A stretch of DNA of 39,283 bases from a candidate division WOR-3 bacterium (lineage in GTDB: Bacteria > Hydrothermota > Tepidihabitantia > Tepidihabitantales > Tepidihabitantaceae). The notes under the pieces were generated by a model that had not been told where the DNA came from, made no database searches, and saw nothing but the letters and a program-made list of their open reading frames with translations. Positions 27,946 to 35,606 of this stretch are shown here, piece by piece; positions within the stretch are counted from its first letter, which is position 1; every line of letters starts with the position of its first letter. The translations under genes and the position numbers were made by a program. The stretch covers positions 1-39,283 of the forward strand of contig CBFGJV010000021.1 in the NCBI GenBank assembly GCA_965649205.1, in the 5' to 3' direction.

Positions 27946-29620
27946 GAAGTACGTTATCGGTCTGGACTATGGTACAAACTCGGTACGGGCGGTAGTGGCA
28001 GATGTCGCAGATGGCAGGGAGGTGGCAACAGCTGTATGGAAATATGCTTCCGGAGTGAACGGGGTCATTCTGGGGCGGGACCCAAATCTGGCGCGACAGT
28101 ATCCGGGAGACTATATTCAAGCTACTGAAAAAGTAGTAAGACTGGCGTTGCGGCAGGCAAGGCAATCCGTGTCGGGGTTTGAGGAAACTGACGTTATTAG
28201 CCTGGGTGTAGATACCACCGGTTCTACCCCTCTGCCAGTTGACAGACGCTGTCAACCGTTGGCATTGGGCCGCCGTTTTCACGGTAACCTTGCCGCTATG
28301 GCCTGGTTGTGGAAAGACCATACGGCGGTAGCGGAAGCAGAGGAGATTACAGAGCTGGCCCGCAGAATAAGACCACAGTATCTGGCAAAGTGTGGCGGCA
28401 GGTATTCAAGCGAGTGGTTTTTCAGCAAGATTCTACACTGTTTGCGTACTACGCGCGGGGTGTTCAATGCGGCCTACACCTGGGTGGAATGCGCCGACTG
28501 GATTCCGGCAATGCTTACTGGAGTCCAGGAAGCCGATAGAATTGTGCGCGGGGTGTGCGCGGCTGGGCATAAGGCGATGTATAGCGAGGATTGGGGTGGT
28601 TATCCGGACGCAGAATTCCTGGGTCAGCTGGACCCGCGGCTGGGTGAGTTGCGGACTCGACTGAACGGCAGGATGCAGGCGATAAATCAACCCGCGGGCG
28701 GACTGGCACCGGAATGGGCGGCTCGTCTGCGGTTGCCGGCTGGCATACCGGTGGCTACCGGCGCTTTGGATGCGCATCTGGGCGCAGTGGGTAGCGGCAT
28801 AGCAGAAGGAGTGCTGGTGAAAATCATCGGCACCAGTACGTGCGATATGATGGTGGTGCCTAAAGAAAAACCCCTGGCTGACATTCCCGATCTTTGCGGA
28901 ATTGCCCGGGATTCCATACTGCCCGGGTTTTTCGGACTGGAGGCTGGACAGTCAGCCGTAGGTGACATATTCAACTGGTTTGTTTCCTACATCAACCCCC
29001 GGGGTCGTGCCGGTACCCATGCCGCGCTGAGTGCCCAGGCAGCAAAGTTGCGGCCGGGCGAAAGTGGGCTTTTGGCTCTGGATTGGAATAACGGCAACAG
29101 AACTATTTTGGTGGACCAGCGCCTGACGGGTCTTTTGCTGGGTCAGACGCTTTACACCACTCCGGAGGAGATATATCGGGCGTTGATAGAAGCCACCGCC
29201 TTTGGCGCCTTGACCATTATCAACCGCTTGGAGGAATACGGAGTAACGGTGCGGGAGGTGGTAAACTGCGGGGGTATTGCAGAAAAGAATCCTTTGGTTA
29301 TGCAAATATACGCAGATGTCACAGGCAGGACGATGAAACTGGCTCGCTCTGCTCAGGCATGCGCTCTGGGTGCGGCAGTAGCGGCAGCAGTGGCAGCTGG
29401 CGTCTATCCTGATGTTCCGTCAGCGCAACGGGCGATGACCGGTACGAAAAAGCGCGAGTTCCGTCCGCGCGCCGCGGCCCACAAGGTGTACAAAGAATTG
29501 TATGTGCTCTGGCGTAAACTGCATGATGCTTTCGGCGTGCGGGATTGGAATGGCAGTCTGTATGATGTGATGAAGCGGCTGTTGGAAATTCGCAACCGGG
29601 CAAGAGGGGTAGTGGAATAG
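27932..29620 (+). CDS. araB: L-ribulokinase (FGGY family)
   Basis: 'IGLDYGTNSVRA', 'GVDTTGSTPLPVD', 'LWKDHTA..EAEEI', 'GGRYSSEWFFSKILH', 'CAAGHKA', 'EAGQSAVGDIF.WF', 'LALDW.NGNR'. Confidence 0.92.
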   Translation: MKKRKKYVIGLDYGTNSVRAVVADVADGREVATAVWKYASGVNGVILGRDPNLARQYPGDYIQATEKVVRLALRQARQSVSGFEETDVISLGVDTTGSTPLPVDRRCQPLALGRRFHGNLAAMAWLWKDHTAVAEAEEITELARRIRPQYLAKCGGRYSSEWFFSKILHCLRTTRGVFNAAYTWVECADWIPAMLTGVQEADRIVRGVCAAGHKAMYSEDWGGYPDAEFLGQLDPRLGELRTRLNGRMQAINQPAGGLAPEWAARLRLPAGIPVATGALDAHLGAVGSGIAEGVLVKIIGTSTCDMMVVPKEKPLADIPDLCGIARDSILPGFFGLEAGQSAVGDIFNWFVSYINPRGRAGTHAALSAQAAKLRPGESGLLALDWNNGNRTILVDQRLTGLLLGQTLYTTPEEIYRALIEATAFGALTIINRLEEYGVTVREVVNCGGIAEKNPLVMQIYADVTGRTMKLARSAQACALGAAVAAAVAAGVYPDVPSAQRAMTGTKKREFRPRAAAHKVYKELYVLWRKLHDAFGVRDWNGSLYDVMKRLLEIRNRARGVVE

Positions 29621-29623
29621 GGG

Positions 29624-30517
29624 CTAGAATTCTATTCGTTCCCAGTAGAGCGAATCGCGGGCAAAGGTAAAAAGCAGGTAACCGTTGGTGCCATAGTCCA
29701 GGTTCAAAGCCATGGTGCCGGTGATGAAGTGGTGCACGCCAGATATCTGGGTGTGGCGCCAGCCATGAATGTGGCCGGAAGCGATGGCATACACGCCGTA
29801 GCAATTCATTAGATACTGCAGTTTGTGCCGTTCGGCAGCGCTGGCAAGACGCCAGATGCCCGGCGTGATACCGTCATAGCAGGGGAAGTGGGTGCAGACA
29901 AGAGTTACATAAGGTCGGGAATTCTTCAGTTCCTGCTCCAGCCAGTCAAATTGTGTGGCACCGATGGTGCCTTCAGCCGTATCCAGAAAAATCAGTTGCA
30001 ACCGATTGGCGATGATTACTGAGTAGCAGCTGGGACCGAAATTATCTTTGTAGCGTTTCCAGCCTTCTTTCTGGTACAGGTCATGGTTACCCAAGGTGGT
30101 GTAGTATGGTATGCCGGTGGAGTCGAGCGCGGCCTTGATGAGGGCAAATTCTTCTTCGGTGGCGTCATCAGTCAGGTCGCCCAGGACACAGAAGAAATCA
30201 ATGGCTTTGGAGGCTATGTCTGCTCGGAAATGCCCAAGCAGATGACGGCCGTCGGCGCCGACCTGGGGGTCGCCAAATACGGCGAAGCGGAAAGAATCCG
30301 GATGGGCAGAAGCAGGCGGAGGGGCCGGCAAGGCACCAGACAGAGATTCTTCGACACGTTCGTCTACCGGCGGCCGGAATAGGAACTGGGTGATATCCCA
30401 TCTGCAACTGCTCAGCAGCAGAAAAGGAAGAAGAAGGAATAGCCGGAGTAGAAAAACAGCCTGTTTTCCCCTTTGGCGGGTGCAGGGGGCAGTCTTAGTT
30501 TTGGGTTTAGAGTTCAT
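29624..30517 (-). CDS. Calcineurin-like metallophosphoesterase lipoprotein
   Basis: Lipobox 'LLLSSC'. Motifs 'GDPQ', 'GDLTD', 'GNHD', 'TH.P', 'SGHIH'. Confidence 0.88.
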   Translation of the reverse strand: MNSKPKTKTAPCTRQRGKQAVFLLRLFLLLPFLLLSSCRWDITQFLFRPPVDERVEESLSGALPAPPPASAHPDSFRFAVFGDPQVGADGRHLLGHFRADIASKAIDFFCVLGDLTDDATEEEFALIKAALDSTGIPYYTTLGNHDLYQKEGWKRYKDNFGPSCYSVIIANRLQLIFLDTAEGTIGATQFDWLEQELKNSRPYVTLVCTHFPCYDGITPGIWRLASAAERHKLQYLMNCYGVYAIASGHIHGWRHTQISGVHHFITGTMALNLDYGTNGYLLFTFARDSLYWERIEF

Positions 30518-31232
30518 GTCTTATTCCGATTTCACCCGTGAATCTGTTCAACGAAATAAGCGCGGCAGACACGCCGGTGAAACCTGCAGCCCAATGGCTG
30601 ACCAGTTGCCAGTTCGGAGATAGACGCCATAAACAGGTCAGTCCCAGCGGGAATTGTTGCGGGTTGTACATTTCCAACAGGTTCACATTTCCCAAGGCGG
30701 TCTCTACCGTAAAACGAAGGGTATCCAGTAGGCTGTAGCGCAGGCCATAAAGCAGGTTCAGTTCTGCTGCCTCGCGGCGATAGTACCAGGGCCGCCAGTA
30801 GTGAGCCGGAGAGTATATCGGGGCGCGATAGGCCAGTCCCAGTTTCAGCTCCAGGCGGGACAACGGCTGTGCGGTCAGCAGTAAGTAGGCACGGTTTTCG
30901 CCTGTCTGCCAGTCATTCCATTGTTCGTGCTGGAATCCAAGTTGCGGCCGGAATTCCCAGAATGGGCAGACGAGGGGCGAAAGTGTCAGTCCCAGCCTGC
31001 TCAGTCCCGAATGCTGGAGAGCACTGAAGGCGATTCCTGTACTGATGGAAAATCCGGTCCTCGCGCGAAAGTCGGAACTGATTGTGGCAAGCAGTTTTGA
31101 TTCCACTCCCTTTTCGCAGTGCCAGCCGGCAAGCAGAGTCTGGCCGGAACCGCGACTGGAGTTTACCGTTAGAAGCAGAAGAGGAACTAATCCGGACAGC
31201 ATAATCCGAAAAGGAAGATTTCTATTGTTCAC
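30507..31232 (-). CDS. Hypothetical exported protein, possible beta-barrel
   Basis: AAGGAG/GGAG RBS and GTG start. Signal-like N-terminus, amphipathic beta-strand pattern, coupled to the phosphoesterase gene. Confidence 0.6.
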   Translation of the reverse strand: MNNRNLPFRIMLSGLVPLLLLTVNSSRGSGQTLLAGWHCEKGVESKLLATISSDFRARTGFSISTGIAFSALQHSGLSRLGLTLSPLVCPFWEFRPQLGFQHEQWNDWQTGENRAYLLLTAQPLSRLELKLGLAYRAPIYSPAHYWRPWYYRREAAELNLLYGLRYSLLDTLRFTVETALGNVNLLEMYNPQQFPLGLTCLWRLSPNWQLVSHWAAGFTGVSAALISLNRFTGEIGIRHEL

Positions 31233-31256
31233 TCCTGCTCCTTAATCGGCCAGTTG

Positions 31257-32033
31257 CTATTCCCTGCTTGGCCGTCCCAGGGGCATCAGATACAGCGGTT
31301 CTTCTGCCGGGGGTAATCCCAATATGCGTTTGACAGCAGCGTCGTCAAACGCTCCCACTGCTACTGTACCCAGTCCCAAGGCGACGCACTGGAGGTAGAC
31401 GTTTTCGGCCGAATGGCCCAGGTCCATGGACACATAGCGATCCCGGCCCCGCTGGCCATAGCGGCGGGTGGTTCTTTCGTACACGGCAGAATAAGCCAGG
31501 CTGGCTGGCGCCTGAGCCAAGAAGTTCTGGTCGAAAGCGGCGCGCGCCAGCTCGGCGCGACGGTCACCGGACACTGTGAGTTTCAGCGTGTGGTTGTTCG
31601 CATCGTAGCGATAAACACCGGGCGCAAGCCCGGTAACCTTGCCGACTACCGCATACAGCTCCAGAGGATAGCAGGCACCGGCGGAAGGAGCGGTTTTCAG
31701 GTTGAACCCGTGCTGGCGCAGGCTGGTTCCATAAGCGGCCCAGAGCACTTGAGCCAGCTCCGCCAGAGTCAGCGGCGTCTCAGCGTAGCTGCGACGGGAG
31801 CGGCGGCGGGCAAGAGCTTCTTCCACCGACATACTGCCCTTGAGCGCAGGTTCGGGCAATTTGATAACTGATGTTTTGGTAGTTTCGGGTGACATAGCCT
31901 TGTGTTGTGGGTTTTGAGATGCTTGAGCAGTAGGGATACTTGATTTCTGGTCTGGACCGCAGGCAGTAAGCAGGAAAGCGGCCGTGAAGAAGGAGACAAT
32001 CCAAAACAGAAAAGAGAGCATAGGTATATTCAT
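31257..32033 (-). CDS. SagB/ThcOx-family FMN-dependent dehydrogenase (nitroreductase fold) with a lipoprotein signal
   Basis: 'LLTAC' lipobox, 'EEALARRRSRR.Y', 'LAQVLWAAYG', 'TAPSAGACYPLELY', 'D.GH.AENVYL...ALGLGTVAVGAFDD'. Confidence 0.88.
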   Translation of the reverse strand: MNIPMLSFLFWIVSFFTAAFLLTACGPDQKSSIPTAQASQNPQHKAMSPETTKTSVIKLPEPALKGSMSVEEALARRRSRRSYAETPLTLAELAQVLWAAYGTSLRQHGFNLKTAPSAGACYPLELYAVVGKVTGLAPGVYRYDANNHTLKLTVSGDRRAELARAAFDQNFLAQAPASLAYSAVYERTTRRYGQRGRDRYVSMDLGHSAENVYLQCVALGLGTVAVGAFDDAAVKRILGLPPAEEPLYLMPLGRPSRE

Positions 32034-32132
32034 CTTGGCAGAAGGTAAGCTGATGTCAAGAGACAGTATGTTTGGTGGTTGTAATGGAAAGCGGAGCTGA
32101 TATAATCAAAAATAAAGAAAGGGAGAACTGCC

Positions 32133-32774
32133 GTGAAGTGGATTGCACTAGTGCTGATGACAGCTTCCGCTTTGGCCGGTCCGGATTGCGGAAGATGTGT
32201 CCGGACCTGCGGTGGGCAGCAGACGGTAAAGCTGAATACAAAACTTTTGAGCCTGAGCGGCGACACAGTTGATCTGGCACTGGAAATAAAGAAAGGACCC
32301 AGAGTACTTTTCACTTTTGCTCCAGACTCCCTGGGTAGGCAGGTGGTTCTGGCTTTGCAGAAGGCGGCAAGGGAATCGGGTGACACTACGGTGACGCTTT
32401 TCGGCGTGGTGTGTGGTCCGCGGCAAAAAGCGGTGCAGGTAAAGGAAGAACTGGGACTGGATTTTCCGTTGGTTCTGGATCAGGGTTGTGTTGGTTCGGC
32501 GGTGCTGGGACTTGTGACTTGCCCGGGCGCAACTTTTGTGGACCGCCAGGGACAAGTGGTGGGCTGGGCGTATGTATTCACGTCCGAAGTGCTGGCCCAG
32601 GGGTTTGCGGCTATACGCGGACCACAGGAACAGACCGACCCGGTGTGTGGCAAGCAGGTGGCGCCTCAGGCTGCGGCCGGGACGCATCAATACCAGGGCA
32701 AGACCTACTATTTTTGCAGCAAGGCGTGCCGGGCTGCATTTGCCAAGAATCCGGGAAAGTATCTGAAGCACTAG
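32133..32774 (+). CDS. Exported thioredoxin/AhpC-like domain fused to a C-terminal YHS domain
   Basis: Signal peptide MKWIALVLMTASALA, 'LDFPLVLD...LG...P.ATFVDRQG.V', YHS motif 'DPVCGKQV...YQGKTYYFCS..C...F..NP.KY'. Confidence 0.78.
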   Translation: MKWIALVLMTASALAGPDCGRCVRTCGGQQTVKLNTKLLSLSGDTVDLALEIKKGPRVLFTFAPDSLGRQVVLALQKAARESGDTTVTLFGVVCGPRQKAVQVKEELGLDFPLVLDQGCVGSAVLGLVTCPGATFVDRQGQVVGWAYVFTSEVLAQGFAAIRGPQEQTDPVCGKQVAPQAAAGTHQYQGKTYYFCSKACRAAFAKNPGKYLKH

Positions 32775-32784
32775 GGAGCAAGAA

Positions 32785-33834
32785 ATGCTGCCGCAGATTG
32801 GCAAGTTAGACAGAGAGTCTTTCAACCAATTGGTATTTGGTCGGCTGGGCAAAAAAGACACCAGCGTGATAATCGGGCCGCAGCACGGCGTAGATGCCGC
32901 GGTGATTGCTCTGGATGATGCACCGGCAGGCAGGCGACGGGTAATGGTGGTGGCAGAAGACCCGACTTTTGGTATGCCAGTACTGCTGCCCTGGTTTGGC
33001 TGGGGCATTGTGCATATCTGCGCCAGCGATGTGGCGGTTCTGGGAGTCAGACCACAGTATCTGACTATCAGCCTCCTACTCCCGCCCGGTACTGAGTCCG
33101 CTACCCTCGACCATATCTGGGGACAGGTGCACGAAGAGTGTCAGAAACTGGGCATTGCTGTCGTCGGTGGACATACAGGAGTATATCCCGGCATCGCCTA
33201 TCCCCTGAATGGTGGTTGTACGGTATGGGGAATGGGAACTGAGAAAGAACTGACACCGGCCAGCGCAGCACGGCCGGGCGATTTGTGTCTTATGACCAAA
33301 GGGCCGGCGATTGAAGCCACCGGCATTTTGGCTATCCAGGCGGAACCGGAACTGCGACAGGCCATAGGCCCGGAGTTGACCCAAAAAGGAAAAGACTTTT
33401 TTCTGCAGATGACGGTGGTGAACGATGCGGTGGCGCTGTTCGGGTGTGCGCGGGCAATGCACGATGCCACAGAAGGCGGTCTTCTGAACGGAGTTTACGA
33501 AATCGCCGAGGCTTCGGGCATTGGCGTGCGCGTGTGGGAAAAAGACATTTTCATTCCTGAGGCAGTGGGTGCGGTATGCGACTACTTTGGCATTGACCCG
33601 CTAGTTTCTATCAGCGAGGGAACTCTGGTGGCCGCAGTGCCGCAGGAAAAGAAGGAGGAATGCGAAGCACGCATGCGTGCGGCCGGCATTCCTGCCTGGT
33701 TTATTGGCGAGTTTACGGATTCTGGCCGTATATTCGTGCGCCGGGATGGCACAGAGCAGACATTGCAGCCGGTAAAGGTTGACCCGTTCTGGGCCGCTTA
33801 CTTCCGTTCGCTGCAAGCGGAGAAGAAGGAATGA
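32785..33834 (+). CDS. AIR synthase-related (PurM/HypE/ThiL superfamily) protein
   Basis: 'GP.HGVDAAVI', 'EDP', 'SDVAVLG', 'VVGGHT', 'ARPGD...MTK', 'AMHDATEGGL', 'DPL..ISEGTL'. Confidence 0.85.
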   Translation: MLPQIGKLDRESFNQLVFGRLGKKDTSVIIGPQHGVDAAVIALDDAPAGRRRVMVVAEDPTFGMPVLLPWFGWGIVHICASDVAVLGVRPQYLTISLLLPPGTESATLDHIWGQVHEECQKLGIAVVGGHTGVYPGIAYPLNGGCTVWGMGTEKELTPASAARPGDLCLMTKGPAIEATGILAIQAEPELRQAIGPELTQKGKDFFLQMTVVNDAVALFGCARAMHDATEGGLLNGVYEIAEASGIGVRVWEKDIFIPEAVGAVCDYFGIDPLVSISEGTLVAAVPQEKKEECEARMRAAGIPAWFIGEFTDSGRIFVRRDGTEQTLQPVKVDPFWAAYFRSLQAEKKE

Positions 33835-34418
33835 GCGAGAACTTGGAATCGGCGCGGCAGAGGCTGGAGCAGGCCGTAGCGCTCCTAGAGGCATGTCCGG
33901 AATTTGCCCGGTTAGTGCCGGAAGTGAGGGTCAACATAGTGTATGCACCGGAGGGAACGGACAGCCCTGAACAAGTGCTAGGGGTGGACGGCAGAATCAC
34001 TGTGGTGGGAGGTAAACCCAAGGCTGCAGGGCCGGTGCGGCCCGGGGTTTCCGACCATATGGCCCGGCTGATAATGGAAGCTCGCAGGTATGACCCCCAA
34101 GTGCGTGCGGGCTTGAACTTCCGCTGGAACGAAGCTATTCACGAGTATGTAAAAGGCTATTGTGCCCGACACAATCTTGCGCTTGGCAGCATTGATAGAC
34201 AGGAAGAACCGCAGGAGCTGGTGGGCAGAGATCGGGCGTCTATGCCCTGGAAAGTGAAACGTCTGGTGGAATCATCCCAGGGAAGGTTACCTCCGGTATT
34301 CTATGAATCCCGCGGCTGGGGCAAAGAGCCGCTTTTTGTGCTGGTTGGTCCGGAACCGGTACTGATAGCCGAACGGGCGATAGACATTGCCCGCGGCTTT
34401 GCCTCCAGTCGGCTGTAA
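33831..34418 (+). CDS. thiN: Stand-alone ThiN-type thiamine-phosphate synthase family protein
   Basis: 'LVPEVRVNIVYA', 'GVDGRI', 'GVSDHMAR.IM', 'RAGLN.R', 'DRQEEP', 'SMPW', 'GWGKEP'. ATGA overlap with the upstream gene. Confidence 0.78.
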   Translation: MSENLESARQRLEQAVALLEACPEFARLVPEVRVNIVYAPEGTDSPEQVLGVDGRITVVGGKPKAAGPVRPGVSDHMARLIMEARRYDPQVRAGLNFRWNEAIHEYVKGYCARHNLALGSIDRQEEPQELVGRDRASMPWKVKRLVESSQGRLPPVFYESRGWGKEPLFVLVGPEPVLIAERAIDIARGFASSRL

Positions 34419-34716
34419 GGTCTGAACTTTTCCAGATACAGGTCTTCAGATTCGCACTCGTAGGGCTGGCTAGCCTGCAGGTTGTTATTTCCCTTTTCCA
34501 TTGACGCACAAAGCAGGGCCGGCCTTACTTGCTCCCTCTGCGTTCTGCTTCAGCCGATTACCGACGTAGATGCTGTCAGCCTGAATTTGCGGCGCATTTC
34601 CTCGGCTACCTGCGGAGCTAACGCGGTTCTACTTAGCGGGCCGTGCAGCGGCAGGTCTGGGGGCAGGCTCAGCCGTCCCTGCGCTAAGTCAATTGATAAT
34701 CAGTCCTGCCTGCCAT

Positions 34717-34890
34717 TTGAGTGGGGGAGTCGTTCCCCCCCCTCTGCAGGAGGGGCAAGGTTGGAAGCGGGGAGGGTGAGGGCAACTGTCGGCAATACAG
34801 ACAATTAGAGAATAACTGGAGGAAGAAGGCGGTCTGCGGCATATGTTTCTGGATAATCTGCTTTATCTGGCCATATAACCTTTTGAGAGA
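34717..34890 (+). repeat. Dispersed ~170 bp non-coding element, copy B (homolog of 8868-9040)
   Basis: TTGAGTGGGGGAGTCGTTCCCCCCCCTC ... CTGCGGC..GGATAATCTG..TGGCCATATAACC..GAGAGA, colinear with copy A. Confidence 0.65.
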
Positions 34891-34969
34891 GGAGGAGCCC
34901 GAAGTGTGGAGCTGGCTTGTCCGGTCTGCGCAGTCGGCGACAGAAATAATTGCCGGCCGGGAGGTCGGT

Positions 34970-35058
34970 TCTTGTTCTGCGGGCAGGGGGAGAGGTGTGT
35001 GGTGAAGCGGGACGACCACGGCCCGGATGCTCTTGTTCTGCGGGCAGGGGGAGAGGTG
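34970..35058 (+). repeat. Two perfect 28-nt direct repeats separated by a 33-nt spacer
   Basis: TCTTGTTCTGCGGGCAGGGGGAGAGGTG at 34970-34997 and 35031-35058. Spacer TGTGGTGAAGCGGGACGACCACGGCCCGGATGC. Confidence 0.9.
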
Positions 35059-35100
35059 GTATAAGGTGTAGAAGAAGATTGTAAACCGAAGGGAGAAACA

Positions 35101-35472
35101 ATGGCAGTAAGTCCGGAGAAGAGAATAAGGCGGTGGGAGAGAAAGTACAATGTGCAGCGGGTGATGGCGGCAGTGGAGGCGCAGCGGGCGCAGATGCTGG
35201 CGCGGTATGAGGCGGCGGTGACAGCGTTGTGTGAGGTGGAGCAGTTGACGCGGGAGATTTTGAACGAGCGGGGCGTGCAGACCATAAATTACATCTGGTA
35301 TTTGAACTACGCGCGGGAGTTATTCAAGTTGACGCGGCGCAGCATTGCGGGTGAGAGTATGGCGGTGGCTGCTGGGGTGCTTCTGGAGAAGTGGCGGGTG
35401 CGGGGACTGGATGCGGAGATTCTGGCAGTTATCCGCAAGCAGGTGTTTAATATCGGGCCCTCCACACCGTAA
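35101..35472 (+). CDS. 123-aa basic helical protein resembling the SIRV2-type (Adnaviria) major capsid protein
   Basis: RBS AAGGGAG and an extended -10-like TGGTATAAG at 35057. N-terminal 'R..RW.RKYN', central 'ILNERGV....YIWYLNYAREL.K..RR', C-terminal 'G.....A..L..KW..RGLD..IL..I...V'. The coding call is solid; the fold call is by eye only. Confidence 0.6.
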   Translation: MAVSPEKRIRRWERKYNVQRVMAAVEAQRAQMLARYEAAVTALCEVEQLTREILNERGVQTINYIWYLNYARELFKLTRRSIAGESMAVAAGVLLEKWRVRGLDAEILAVIRKQVFNIGPSTP

Positions 35473-35559
35473 AACTGTCTCTGGCAGATCGGGTACCGCT
35501 GCCAGCGGGTCAACAGGGCGTTTACGGGTTCGGTCCCTGTCTGATTCAGGCGGGTGCAT

Positions 35560-35587
35560 TTGACAGGTATGCGTTACAGTTTAGTAT
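35560..35587 (+). promoter_or_regulatory. Promoter TTGACA-N16-TAGTAT for the secreted-protein cluster
   Basis: Perfect -35 box, 19 nt upstream of the 35607 start. Confidence 0.55.
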
Positions 35588-35606
35588 CAGAGACTGAGGA
35601 CAGCAG

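Noticed and set aside
31257..32033. Azole-RiPP biosynthetic cluster
   Set aside because: The SagB-like gene has no YcaO, E1-like partner or precursor peptide nearby. Stand-alone members are common.
34970..35058. Calling the 28/33/28 unit a CRISPR array
   Set aside because: Only two repeats, no cas genes in the window, no AT-rich leader, and no typical CRISPR palindrome or end motif. Reported as a repeat instead.
34419..35560. Prophage or integrated virus around the capsid-like gene
   Set aside because: No integrase, att-like long repeats or additional viral ORFs. The shared CATTTGA at 34714 and 35557 is only 7 nt and overlaps -35-like boxes, too weak for a target-site duplication.
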